Below, one piece after another: positions 15,198 through 28,930 of a stretch of DNA of 64,000 nt. Position numbers and translations under genes: made by a program. The number at the start of each line of letters is the position of its first letter. Position 1 is the first letter of the stretch. The DNA lies in NCBI GenBank assembly GCA_951406725.2, contig OX597824.1, positions 28,644,001 through 28,708,000 on the forward strand, in the 5' to 3' direction. The stretch is from Octopus vulgaris (Eukaryota). The notes under the pieces were generated by a model, which was not told the DNA's origin, did no database searches, and was given only the letters and a program-made list of their open reading frames with translations.

Positions 15198-15882
15198 TAG
15201 TTAACTAAATCTTTGGTATACACCTGGTAGTATGAAGATTAAAGCACGTTCACTGTCTATGGCTCTCTCATATCATCCACGAATACTACAAGGAACCACT
15301 TACGGACAAATAACGACATGCTATATAGATGAACCGAGCAAAACTGATTCATTGAAGAGGTACCTTTTGGAAGTGACCTGACAAGACACATCTACACCGA
15401 AGCATGCAACTTAACCAGTTGCGTCGTATCTCACTCGCGCGGTACTGATGCAAGATGGTTCGAAACGATCTTTGTGATTAATAAAGAATCTCGTGAATTC
15501 CATTCTAGTCTCTGTTTTTCTGTGGCATTCTTCTGACAACGAACAATCAGTGAATATGTATGCATATATATGTATACATATCGCTAGTCACTACATATGT
15601 ATACTATATATGTATACAAATCGCTAGCCACTACACACATTTTTGCTCTCCTTGTTCCTTTCTGTTTTCCTTTCTGTGGAAGAGCGTAGGCTCGAAGCGT
15701 TAAAGACTTTTCTATTCCCGAGAGTTATACTAATACATCTGTTTGTTTTCTACACCACCTGTCTTCGTCTTTTGTTTGTTTGTTTGTTCTTTTCGAGAAT
15801 TCTCCCCATACATACATACATACATACATACATACATACATACATACATACATACATACATACATACATACATACATACATA

Positions 15883-16284
15883 GGCGCAGGCCTGTGTGTG
15901 GTAAGTAGCTTGTTTACCAACCACATGGTTCCGGGTTCAGTCCCACTGCGTGGCACCTTGGGGGAGTGTCTTCTACTATAGCCTCGGGCCGACCAAAGCC
16001 TTGTGATTGGATTTGGTAGACGGAAACTGAAAGAAGCCCGTCGTATATATGTATATATATGTATGCGTGTGTGTGTTTGTGTATCTGTGTTTGTCCCCCT
16101 AGCATTGCTTGACAGCCGATGCTGGTGTGTTTACTTAGCAGTTCGGCAAAAGAGACCGATAGAGTAAGTACTGGGCTTACAAAAAAATAAGTCCCGGGGT
16201 CGAGTTGCTCGATTAAAGGCGGTGCTCCAGCATGGCCGCTGTCAAACGACTGAAACAAGTAAAAGAGTAAAAGAGTAAAAGAGT
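15883..16284 (+). mobile_element. SINE family A
   Basis: Near-identical to 8305-8744. Confidence 0.92.
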
Positions 16285-16931
16285 AATACATATTTATACA
16301 TACATATATTCATGAGCTTGATTGCGCCCATGTGCGAGTAGTCACGACACACTCGTAGATTACGTAATCAATATAGGTTTTCATGTCTAAATTTAAGTAT
16401 ACTTCTCTGTGTAGTTATGAAGTTATGTGTTAGCTATGCATTTACTTCCATTTGTCACTTTATATAAATATATTCTTTCTTCGTGATCGGTATTTGAAAG
16501 CGTCTTTCAAACGGAATTGTAACTTCGTAGCAAAGTTTTATAGAAAAGATTTTAAACATGGAAAGACAAAAAGCGTTTTGTATTTTCGTCATCTTTTGCA
16601 AAGCTAGTCACCCACTTAAGTTTAAGAAGCTCGATTGTATTCTCGAATAATTTTAAAATTTTCTCACCAACTGCGAATAATTGGTTTCCAAACACAGAAA
16701 CAAGGCTCTTTCAGAGTATTTAAGACACTATCAACTACGTATTTATTTATATATCTACGTTCTCGTTTCATTTTATTTTATTTATTTATTTAGTGGTTTG
16801 TTAGTTTGTTCTTGGTTCCCTCCCGGAATTTAGGCCGTTCGCTAAGAAATGATAAGCTGTCTTATGTGAGCTGAAATAGCTTGAGTAACGTATCAATACG
16901 CGAATCAATTAGTGCGTGTATTTACGCAGGT

Positions 16932-17246
16932 GTAGAGCCACAATGGCCCAGCGGTTAGGGCAGCGGACTCACGGTCTGAGGATCACGGTTTCGATTCCCA
17001 GACCGGACGTTGTGTGTGTTTATTGAGCGAAAAACACCTAATGCTCCACAAGGCTCCGGCAGGGATGGGGGTGGGGGATGGCGACCCCTGTTGTACTCTT
17101 TCTCTCCAACTATCTTTCATTCTTTCTTCCTGTTTCTTGAGTAACGCTGCGTAGGACTGGAGTCCCGTCCAGCTGGTGGGAACACATACGCCATAGAAAC
17201 CGGGAACCGGGCCCATGAGCCTGGCTAGGCTTGAAGAGGGCGCATA
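16932..17246 (+). mobile_element. SINE with head B and V-like tail
   Basis: Head as in 38890; tail gagtaacgctgcg..ggactgg.gtcccgtccagctgg shared with the 34928 copy. Confidence 0.85.
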
Positions 17247-18132
17247 AATAAATATAAAAATTATATGCGGGCGCATGTTAGGATATACTTACCATCATGT
17301 AAGAGTACACGTCAACTTGCTTTGTGTCTTTTCACCTGTTTTGGGAAGAAAATTTGAACATAGACTCAAACACGGCTGAGTGGCTAAGCAGCACATTTTG
17401 TAATGGAAAATAATTCAGTTTCAAAACATTGATGTCCAACTCACAAAAGTAATGCCTGAAGGAACCACTGGTAATTTCCTTTGATTTCTAAAAAGAAGCA
17501 AAGAGGAAATAACTCTCACTGACCAAAAACAAAAGAAAATTAAAATATTGTTACACAGTGTAATTGACATTCCGAAGATTACATTGGATTAACTGGAAAT
17601 AATTTTAAGACATGGATTAATCCACACCTGCATTATTCTAAATATCTGGAAATATTTGAATCTCTTTGAATAGAAGTTTATTAAAATAAATAATATCATA
17701 AATATTGCACGAGACTACATACTGTAAAATTAGTTTATATATGTGAGAACATGTCAAACTTTATAAACATCGTGACGACAGATGTTATCTTTGTTTCCGA
17801 TAGGAAATGAATATATTGATATATAAAGGATATATTGTAAACAACCTTTGAGAATTAATATAATTTTGTCGATGCAGAGCAAGACAACTATTAAAATATT
17901 TTAAATCACTGACAAGTTAAAATGTGAATAGTTCTGTAATATATTAATCAACGTTCTAAAAGATCAAACATTTTCCTTTGTTAAAGTGTATTGAATATCT
18001 GCCATTTTTTGCTGTCATATATCACAAAGACTAGCAGCTGAACGACTAAGACTTTTACATAATAACGTCCCAATTATCAAAATCTTTTATAGTTGACGTA
18101 TATATTCACATCGGAGTTATAATCTTTTTACA

Positions 18133-18520
18133 GGCGCGGACGAGGTTGTGCGGTAGGAAGTTTGCAACCAGATGGCTCCGGGTTCAGTCCTACTGTGTGG
18201 CACCTCGGGGAGATGGCTTCTACAATAGCATCGTGATGTCTAAAGCCTTGTGAGTGGATTTTTTGGACGAACACTAAAAGAAACCAGTCGTGTATGTGTG
18301 TATGTGCGTGTGCGTGTGTATGCGTGTGTGAGTGTGCGTGTATGTGTATTTGGGAGCTGATGATGGTGGATATACGTAACTTAGTGGTTCGACAAAAGAG
18401 GCCGAGAAGTACCAAGCTTTGAAGAATAATAAATTACTGCGGTCAATTCATTTGACTTAAGATACGTGAAATCAGTGCTTCAGCATGGCTGCTGTCTAAT
18501 GACTTAAAGAAGTAAAAGAT
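18133..18520 (+). mobile_element. SINE family A, diverged
   Basis: Colinear similarity to the 8305 copy. Confidence 0.8.
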
Positions 18521-18890
18521 AATATTCAATATAATTCATCTTTTAGTTTTTAATTGTTTCACTTATTGGACTGCTGCGAGAACTGGGCACCACTTTCAAG
18601 GGATTTACAGTAACGAATCAACCTCAGTTCTCACTTTTCACTTTAAATCTGATACTTGTACGATCTGTTTATTTTCCGAACTGCTAAGCTAGCAGTACGA
18701 AAAATAAAAAAGAGCACAAAGGCATACACACTCGTATATATGTATACGTCACCGAAATTAACTCGCAAGGCATTTGTCAGCCCAAGTTAATAACAGAAGG
18801 CACTTCGTTAACGTATCCTACTGTAGGAATGAAGCAGTCAAACTGTATTTCAACTTTCAATTTTTATTATGCGTGTTTGTGTGGAAGTTT

Positions 18891-18950
<60 letters not shown>

Positions 18951-18952
<2 letters not shown>

Positions 18953-19275
18953 GTTAGAGCGTCGAGCTTACGATCGTGAGATTGTGAGCTCGAATCCCGG
19001 ACCGGGCTGCGTGCTGTGTTCTTGAGCAAGACACTTTATTTCACGTTGCTCCAGTTCACTCAGCTGTAGAAATGAGTTGCGACGTCACAGGTGCCAAGCT
19101 GTATCGACCTTTGTCTTTCCCTTGGATAACACTAGTGGCGTGGAGAGGGGAGGCCGGTATGCATGGACGACTACTGGTCTTCCATAAAACAACCTTGCCC
19201 AGACTTGTGCCTCAGAGGGTAACTCTCTAGGTGCAAACCCATGGTCACTCATGACCGAAGGGGGTCTTTACCCCT
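18951..19275 (+). mobile_element. SINE family C
   Basis: tggttagagcgtcgagcttacgatcgtgag...cccatggtca.tcatgaccgaagggggtc. Confidence 0.9.
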
Positions 19276-19556
19276 TATATATATATATGTCTGTGTGTGT
19301 GTGTGTGTGTGCATGTGTGAGTGTGTGTGTGTGTGTAAGGAAAATAAGGTAAGGTAGAAAATGCTACAATAATTTTATCCTGAAAGACATTTTGATACCG
19401 GTTTCAGTCATTGAGACTTTTTCAAATTGGAGTATAATATAAAAAAACAATTAAATAGTAGAAAAATTAATACGGGGGTTATTTTTCTTGTCTCTGCCTG
19501 TCTCCTGTCTCTGTCTCTCTTTATTTTTACTCTTATAGGTTCGAGGTAGTTATGCA

Positions 19557-19779
<223 letters not shown>

Positions 19780-19786
19780 GTATATA

Positions 19787-21913
19787 CAGAGCTGGGCGTA
19801 TGTCCGTTAATCCGCTAATCGTTAATTATCGAAGTTAACATTTTAATTAACGATTTAACTTTTAATTTAACTTTGGAAAACATTAGCGGACTAATTATCT
19901 TCCGTTATATTTAGCTTACGTTCACTTAAGTCGGTTAAGCCGAAACATTTCATAAAAACCGGTAAACATCTAAAAGTTTCCATTCTTTACACATAGTCTT
20001 AGCATATTTAATATTGTACGCGTCATACTTTCAATCCCGATATAACGCCACCTATTATTATAAATACCTTGTAGGACCTCGTTTGGTCCATCCTGGATTT
20101 GAAACCAAATCCACCCGCTTGTTGCTTGCAAAGACAGCGGAAAATGTCTTTATCCTCTCCAGAGGAAACAGTGATTGATGTGTTTCCACTGGATCCGGCA
20201 CCTCTCTGAGGTTGGTGTCAACAGAGAAAACATTGACTTCCACAAAGTGGAAAAAATAAATGGAAGGAAAAAAGTTGGTAAATATTTCGGTGTGAACGCA
20301 AATAGCTGTTACATGGTAGCAGGGCATGCTAGAAATAGCAAACAAATCTTTCCTTTTCTGATTTCGATGTCACATTCGTTGAAAGCATGTAAAATAACCT
20401 GGAACAGAAAAAAAGAACCGCGAAGCAAAACTCTCTTGGTGGAGAAACTACGATGTCACCACCATCCCTTCCACCTTTATTTTCCGGAAAAAGTGACTTA
20501 CGGCGGGTTTGGAGGTCAGATACGTTGAATGCACCCGAACAAAAACTACGGAAAAAAATTATTCCACACCGAGGTATGAACTATTTACCTAAAGAATAAA
20601 ATCTTGAGCCGATTAAAGCTGAATTTTAATTCATTTAAATTAATGTGGTTCTTCTTGAAAAGTGGCAAAATTTTTGTCGGCTGCCATCTGGGATAAATTT
20701 AGTAACAAATCAAACTAGTAAGATGCATTAAGAATTTCAGTTTTAGTGTTATTCCTAATTTTATTGCTTTTACACCTGTTAATTAAATTTACCTGCCCAT
20801 AAAAGTCAAATTTACTCAGCAAGATCAGCTAAAATTACATAACTATAAACCAGTGGTAGATAAAGCACCCACTGACAAAATTTCAAATCTATATGTAAAA
20901 AAATTACGAAGTTACAAGCAACTATTTTGGACACCCTTCTTGAAACTGAATAATTCAAAATAATGTGAACAAATAAGCATTTGATTTGACATTAATTTGA
21001 ACACTAAAGATGTTTTTATGTGTTTTTTCTTACACGCACATAACACGGCTTCACTCGGTTGGGTCTACACTTATGTTAGTTTGACATCATCATTCCATGA
21101 AATTTGTTTACGGGGAAAAATTTTTTTTAAATATCAATAGAAGTGTGAGTGATAAAGAACTGAGGTGGGAGGTTTTGGGATGTGCTAGAAACAACAGCCA
21201 AATCTCCCTTAAAGTACAAGTTTTCCTCTGAAATTGTTAATTTTTTTTTAAACCGAAAATCTTTCTCTTGCAGATTTCAGGTGTGTAGTCAGAAAAAAAT
21301 ATGGCCAAAATCGTTACGGACTGCGGTGGTGAGGTAGTGGCGGGAGTGAAAAAAATAATTTTCAAATTTTTTTTTTTTTCGTGAAAAGATGCCTCCCATC
21401 CTTCTGAAGACTTTGGTGAAAAACTGGAAAAAATCTCCGTCAAAACAGTGAAATTCCAGCTTATGTGAACCGTCTGGTCTGAAACTCCATTTTCCAGAAA
21501 TTCTTTTCCCCCGCTTCTTCCAAACCTTTTGCCTACAAATTTCTTTGTAATCGTAATCTACACCGTTTGAAAGGTGCTAGTATGAAATTTCAATAAAAAA
21601 ACGCCTATTTTTCAGAACGCTATTAGAGAGGAAATGGCGTGTTCTATGAAGTTTTCGAAACTCCTCTCTCCAACCACTCGAAAAATTTTTTTCCAACAAA
21701 TCTTTACATATACTAAATCTACAGGATATAAGTGATTATTTGGTGAAAATTTCCTTAAAAACTATCCATTTTGCAGAAAGTTATAAGGCAACAAAATCGG
21801 TGGGGTTAAAGCTGTAGATAACGTTAACGGATTAACTTAAACATCCGTTACATTTTCAAAGAATTAACAGATTAACGATTAACAAAGTCAACTTTTTGAT
21901 TAACGGTGCCCAG
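19787..21913. mobile_element. Probable non-autonomous TIR transposon (hAT-like ends)
   Basis: Left end cagagctgggc; right end gcccag, truncated by a SINE; about 150-bp subterminal arrays of gttaa/ttaac motifs at both ends. Confidence 0.6.
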
Positions 21914-22071
21914 GAGTGGCTGTGTGGTAAGTAGCTTGCTAACCAACCTCATGGTTCCGGGTACAGTCCCACTGCGTGGCATCTAGGGCAAGTGTCTTCT
22001 GCTATAGCCCCGGGCCGACCAATGCTTTGTGAGTGGATTTGGTAGACGGAAACTGAAAGAAGTCTGTCGTA

Positions 22072-22124
<53 letters not shown>

Positions 22125-22742
22125 CTGTGTTTGTCCCCCTAGCATTGCTTGACAACCGATGCTGGTGTGTTTACGTCCCCGTCACTTAGCGGTTCGGCGA
22201 AAGAGACCGATAGAATAAGTACTGGGCTTACAAAGAATAAGTCCCAAGGTCGATTTGCTCGACTAAAGGCAGAGCTCCAGCATGGCCGCAGTCAAATAAC
22301 TGAAACACGTAAAAGAGTAAAAAAGATATATATAGGCGCAGGAGTGGCTGTGTAGTAAGTAGCTTGCTAACCAACCACATGGTTCCGGGTTCAGTCCCAC
22401 TGCGTGGCATCTTGGGCAAGTGTCTTCTGCTATAGCCTCGGGCCGACCAAAGCCTTGTGAGTGGATTTGGTAGACGGAAACTGAAAGAAGCCTGTCGTAT
22501 ATATGTATATTTATGTATGTATGTGTGTGTATATGTTTGTGTGTCTGTGTTTGTCCCTCTAGCATTGCTTGACAAGCGATGCTGGTGTGTTTACGTCCCC
22601 GTCACTTAGCGGTTCGGCAAAAGAGACCGATAGAATAAATACTGGGCTTACAAAAAATAAGTCCCGGGGTCGATTTGCTCGACTAAAGGCAGTGCTCCAG
22701 CATGGCCGCAGTCAAATAACTGAAACAAGTAAAAGAGTAAAA
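21911..22742 (+). mobile_element. Two SINE A copies in head-to-tail tandem (21911-22325, 22335-22742)
   Basis: Both near-identical to the 8305 copy and separated by a short (TA)n. Confidence 0.92.
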
Positions 22743-22902
22743 AATATATATATATATATATATATATCAGAATTAAACAGCCGAAATCTGCGATGAGGGA
22801 TCAGTTTCTGACTGAAGAATGAAGGCTTTGAATGACCCGTTTGTCTTTTTGTTCGTCCCTTCGTGTATTTCACGTTATTTATTTATGTAAAGGTTTATTA
22901 TA

Positions 22903-23007
<105 letters not shown>

Positions 23008-23574
23008 TTTCATTTGGCCACACTGTTACCTTCGATCGATACTTTTTATCTTGGCCAAGAAAAGGGAAAGTACCAAGTTAATCTCGGAGAAATTTGAGCA
23101 GAGAGAGATGAGATGGAAAAATATTACGTGGCAAATTATCCGGTTGCTTAACAACTCGACCAAAACGCCTCATTACTTACATAGACACTCACACACACAC
23201 ACACACATACACAAATATACATATATATATATATATCAATTGACCTCAGCACATGTTTAAACCTGGTACTTATTCTACCGATTTTTTGCTGGACCGCTAA
23301 GTTACGGAGATGTAAAGTCCCCAACACCGGTTTTCAAGTGGTGTGAGGGGACAAACATAGACACCGATATGCACACACACACACACGACAGGTTTTTTTT
23401 TCCGTTTACTAAATCCGAGGCCCGAAACTGTAGTAGAAGACACTTATGGTCGTGAGCAAGCTTACACATGCACATATATGTGTTTGTGTGTGTGTGTGTG
23501 TGTGTGTATGTGAGTGTGTGTGTGTGTGTGTGTGTGTCAGTGTGTGCGTGTGTGTGTATATGGTGAGGGTAAAT

Positions 23575-23870
23575 TCCGCCTTCGGCCATGGGATTGCACT
23601 TTCTAAGTCATAATTCCGGACAAAATTTTCTATGGAAGTCCAGCAGTCCGCAATGCATACCAGCTTCACCTATCCATTCTACTGAAGTTATCCTACAGAA
23701 AGGCGAAGTCCAAAATAGTTAGGCACCATTGATGTCACAGCTCATTTCTACAGGTGAGTGAACTGGAGCAACTTGAAATAAAGTGTCTTGCTCAAGAACA
23801 CAACACAAAGTCCGGTGCGAGAATCGAACTCATCTTCTCGATGCTCTAATCATTGAGCCACTTGCCCTCG
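23575..23870 (-). mobile_element. SINE family C, diverged
   Basis: ccatgggattgcac...ctcatttctacag.tgagtgaactggagcaac.tgaaataaagtgtcttgctcaagaacacaac. Confidence 0.8.
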
Positions 23871-23879
23871 GTGCATATA

Positions 23880-23964
<85 letters not shown>

Positions 23965-24623
23965 TTACGTATATATATATATATATAATATGCGTGCACA
24001 CTTATATACACTAACATTCATGTACTTAATCTCATATAAAATTTCGTTATACTTCTTCCTCAATATTAATATATTTTTTAAAAATCCCAAATCAAACGAC
24101 ATATACAAGTAATTCAGATATTTCTGGGAAAAGGGAAAAAAAATTGAAAAAATAATCACCATAAGGGTATTTGAAATACCACGCCAAAAATTACACCATA
24201 CCATCGACCTGGGAAAAGAAAGACAGTGTCGGAACAGGATGATTTTCTCGCTCGCTCACATAAACAATAAATATATAAAATAGGAAACAAAACTAATTTC
24301 ATTATAGTAAAAGAATGGATTATTGAAAGAATATATATATAACGATGTTATGCATTTCTCGGTATTTTATTTCCCATATAGCGAAAAATTGAGATTAGGC
24401 AAGTCTATTAAAGCGAGCTGCAATATAACATTTATCGTTCTTTGAAAGTTTCACTTTGAAGGTGGCGCTTGGAGATTCTGAAAAAGTTATTAATATATTG
24501 ATATCAATATAATAAGCTGTTTATCTGGAACATTCCTGATTTGACATCGACTATAAAGCGTAATAGTTCAGATAGAGTAATATATCTTATAAGAAGCAAT
24601 GTGGGCGGGTTTTTCAATTTCTA

Positions 24624-24657
<34 letters not shown>

Positions 24658-24965
24658 TACAGACACACACACACACACACAAATGCATACGCACACATAC
24701 ACACACGCACACACACGTACAAATAGACAAACACATAGACACACATACATACACAAACACACGCACTCACACATATATACCCAACCTATATATATATGAA
24801 AGTATATATGTATATATATATCTATATATCTTTATATATATATTTGTATATATACATATATGTATGTGTATATACATATAATATATAATGTATATACATA
24901 CAAACATAAATATGTATATGTGCGCATCTACATTGTATTACATATGCATTTATATATATATATGT

Positions 24966-25004
<39 letters not shown>

Positions 25005-26404
25005 CGTGTGTGTGTGTGTGTGCGTGTGTGTGTGTATAATTACAGATAAGTACGTGTGGATGTATTGAATGCGCGCATATAAGCATACACACAGTATTCA
25101 TACTGCGTACATACATTTATATACGTTATACATACATGTATATACTCTTGGTGGTGGTGGTGGTGTGCCCGCGTATTAGTGGGGCTGCGTATATTTAATT
25201 ATAGATATTATTTTGCTTATATACGCCTAGTGTATGTTTGTGTGTGTTTGTATTTTCTTTAAGTATCGCATAGGTGTCTATGATAAAGAAATATGTCATA
25301 AAAATAACATAACATATAAGAATAGATAAGAATAAAACGTCCGATCACTCGCTCACACTCGTATCTGTATATACAACGAAGGCTGACAAACAGAAACGAG
25401 CAATGAAGGCGAGAGATCAGGAGGGAGAGATAGAGAGAGAGACTCATAATCACACATACGCACAGAAATGTGTGTGTATATACATATATATATATACAAA
25501 TATATAATATATAATATATAATATATAATATATATATATATATATATTCCCACATAAATATCTGTAAAAATATTAAGCGATATTATCAAACGGTAGTATT
25601 ATAGCTATCAAAGCGTCATTTTATAAGAGATATCAATTGTACACATGATATCTATATCATATTTTATGACCCCCCAGATTGAAAATCACCTGCTTTATTG
25701 TATCACCGCCATTTTAATCCTCAAATTACAACCTAAATTACAGAGAAATATATATATATATATATATTGACTAATCTAATCTTAGAGAAACCTATAATGG
25801 CTTTTGCTATCTTTGTTCAGCCTCTGCTCTCAACTAAATTTGAAAATATTCGATAGCGATTCCACCGTACCTGGCTTTGCAATTTAATTTTCTTCTGTTT
25901 CTTTTATGATGTTTGGCTAGAGTTGATAAAATTTGAATACTTTGATATAAAATATATTAGATTGGTTTACCTTGTTGATGTATACACACACACACACACA
26001 CACACTCACACACACACATATATACTTAGATACAAATATACATGCATATATATATTATGCATGCATACATACCTATATCTGGGAGCGTATGTGTATGTAT
26101 GTATATATAAACATAAATATAAATGTATCGATCAATGGTGCTCCATTGTTAGAGCTGTCAAAATATGGAATAGAAAGTGTTGCAATATTTGTTCAAGCAG
26201 TCTGCGATTTGGGTTCGATACTCAGTAAGTTCAATTTGACCGGATTGCCTCCTGACTGCGATGAACATGCTACTCGTACAGTAGATGTGCATTAATCTGT
26301 GACGTTACGCCATCTGCTCTATGGAAGGTATTCGGGTTTTCGAATATGTACATGAGTGTGGTCGAGATATATCTGTATCTATATTAACAGAGAGACAGAC
26401 AGAT

Positions 26405-26540
26405 ATGTTTCTTTATTAGCCACACAGGGCTGCACAAAGACGGGACAAATTACAAGGTAGAGCTTTTCTTTTGGCGATAAAAAAGGGGAGTTGATTTTCG
26501 ATCAAAGGGGATCGTGAAAAGAAAGAAAGAGGAAAAAAAG
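26405..26540 (-). mobile_element. LINE (Tx1/L1-like) 3' tail
   Basis: Minus strand ends ttgtcccgtctttgtgcagccctgtgtggctaataaagaaac; similar to the tail at 42580-42620. Confidence 0.5.
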
Positions 26541-26541
26541 G

Positions 26542-26604
<63 letters not shown>

Positions 26605-26720
26605 GTAGATAGAGAGATAGATAGATAGATAGTTGGATAGGTACATACATACATACGTACATATATGGATGGATTGATGGATTACGATTGGATACATATA
26701 GGCAAGTATGGTTAGCCAAG

Positions 26721-26763
<43 letters not shown>

Positions 26764-26940
26764 TGAATGAATGAATGAATGAATGAAACAAATTTATTCT
26801 TTGTCAATTGTGGGTGAAACGTTTAATATAGTAATCACAGAGGACAGGTAACTCAAATTACAACCTAAATTACAGAGAAATATATATATATATATATATA
26901 TAAACACATAAATATATATCAAATATATATATATATATGC

Positions 26941-27081
26941 TTTATTTTAGCAGCAGAAAATTCAACAAAAGTCGTACTCTGAGTTTCTCGTTGCCGTTCA
27001 TCAGACAGTTTTGCTAGAATCTCTCCAAATACTGTATGATATACATACATACAGATTTTGTTGAATTTTCTGCTGCTTAAA

Positions 27082-27086
<5 letters not shown>
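26941..27086 (-). ncRNA. Short inverted-repeat element with an HHR-like core (stem I damaged)
   Basis: About 30-bp inverted arms at 26941-26970 and 27056-27086; minus strand reads CTGATGA-a-cg-gcaa-cg-a-GAAA-ctcagag-TA; between (TA)n tracts. Confidence 0.55.
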
Positions 27087-27159
<73 letters not shown>

Positions 27160-27171
27160 ATATACATATAT

Positions 27172-27481
27172 GGAGACGCAATGGCCCAGTGGTTAGGGCA
27201 GCGGACTCGCGGTTGTAGGATCGCGGTTTCGATTCCCAGACCTGGCGCTGTAAGTGTTTATTGAGCGAAAACACCTAAAGCTCCACGAGCTACGGCAGGG
27301 GGTGGTGGTGATCCCTGCTGTACTCTTTCGCCACAACTTTCTCTCACTCTTTCTTCTGTTGGCCTGCTCGCTTAGTCAGCAGAGTGGCGTCACTTGAAGG
27401 CTAAAACAATGCGAAGCGCATTGTGACCAGCGATGTGTAGCAACATCTGATAGCCTGGTCGGTCACAGTGATCGCGGTGAT
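27172..27481 (+). mobile_element. SINE with head B and a third tail type
   Basis: Head as in 38890; different tail (ggcctgctcgcttag...ggtcacagtgatcgcggtga). Confidence 0.85.
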
Positions 27482-27559
27482 GTATATATACATATAGAAA
27501 TGTGTGTGTGTGTGTCCCCATATATATCAGTTTGATAAGAAAGATCTTGGACACCTTTA

Positions 27560-28390
27560 ACATATCACTTTATTAACAATTAAAAAGAACCCACAAAAAG
27601 CAATCAATCCAAAAGTTAATCACCTTCGTTATTGATCGCCTTTAGCCATCTTTCAGGCAAAGTTTTGAATCCTTTCATCCAGAAATCGCGTGGCTTTGAA
27701 TCAACGAAGTCTTAAAGGAACGATTTCAAATGTTCTTCGTTTTCGAACTCTGTATCGCCAGTCGCGCGTTACAAAGCAGAGAATAAGTGGTAGTCAGAAC
27801 GGAAAAGGTAAGGAAAATACGGTGGGAGCACTATAATCCACCGGCCCGCCTCCTTCAGCTTCTCTGACGTCTTCACACGATGTGCTGGCGAGTTGTATTG
27901 GTGGTAAATTATCTTCGGTCAGCAAGATCTTTAGACGGTCGATTTGTTCGCAGTAGACATCCTTATCAACAGTGGTATTGCGCGGGAGAAGATCCAGCAT
28001 GATCACATCACGGCAATCCCACCAAACTGTGATCATAACCTTCTTTTTGCACAAGCGGTCCTTTTGGCGAAGGTTTTGGTTGTTGACCTCTGCTACACCA
28101 GGATTATCTGCACCTCACGTTGGAGTACAATACCCACTTTTTATCCATAGTGATTACTAACTCCAACCAATCGAATCTTCGGCTTAACCTGAGTAGACTT
28201 TGATACGTAGTGACACGTGCTTGTTTGTTCGCTTTAGTTCATTCATTGGGCACCCATTTTTACGACCTTGCTGAACTTGCCGACACGATGTATGCGGCTG
28301 ATGATCGTGACATGGGAGTCGCCAAATTGTATCGCAAGTTGACGTGCAGTTTGCATTTGATCGGCTTCAATGACTTGCAACAAAGTCTTG
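27560..28390 (-). pseudogene. Decayed mariner transposase
   Basis: KKVMITVWWDCRDVIMLDLLPRNTTVDKDVYCEQIDRL and SDYHLFSAL...GFKTLPERWLKAINNEGD; frameshifts and stops. Confidence 0.88.
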
Positions 28391-28434
28391 TCCAAGAACT
28401 TTCTTACCAATGTAATATATGTCTTGTCTTTTGC

Positions 28435-28667
28435 TCGTTTTACACATTAGACTGTGACCATGCTGGGGCACGCATTAGAGAAATTTTAGTCTTATGAGTC
28501 GACCACAGTATTCATCTATTTTAAGCCTGGTAATTATTCTGTCGGTTTCTTATGTCGAACCGCTAAGTTAGAGAGGGGGTGCGTTTATGCACCCCCTCTC
28601 TAACTTAGCACTGGTTGTCAAGCGGTGGTGGAAGATAAACACAGACAGAAAGACACATATACAGACA

Positions 28668-28702
<35 letters not shown>

Positions 28703-28906
28703 ATGCACATACATACAAACATATATACATGAAATAGATATACGACGGGTTTCTTTCACTTTCCATCTATCAAATCCAAATCCACAGAGTAGGATTTGGT
28801 CAACCCGAAGCTATAGTAGAAGACACTCTCCCAAGGTGTCAGGCTATGAAACTGAACACGGTACCATATAGTTGGGAAGCAAATTTCTTTCCACACAACT
28901 GTTCCT
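28435..28906 (-). mobile_element. SINE family A, diverged
   Basis: Reverse-complement similarity to the 8305 copy. Confidence 0.8.
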
Positions 28907-28930
28907 ATATATATATATATATATATATAT

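Noticed and set aside
15670-15705. HHR-like gaagagc-gtag-gctc-gaag, with similar degenerate motifs at about 14270-14300(-), 35758-35795 and 40705-40750
   Set aside because: Core nucleotides and stem I are too degenerate to call without a family consensus
19390-19428. HHR-like ttgaaaa-agtc-tcaat-gact-gaaa-ccggt on the minus strand
   Set aside because: Core has two substitutions and stem I is not convincing; at best a decayed relative
21404-21430. ctgaaga...gaaa spacing
   Set aside because: No stem II or stem III pairing; chance match
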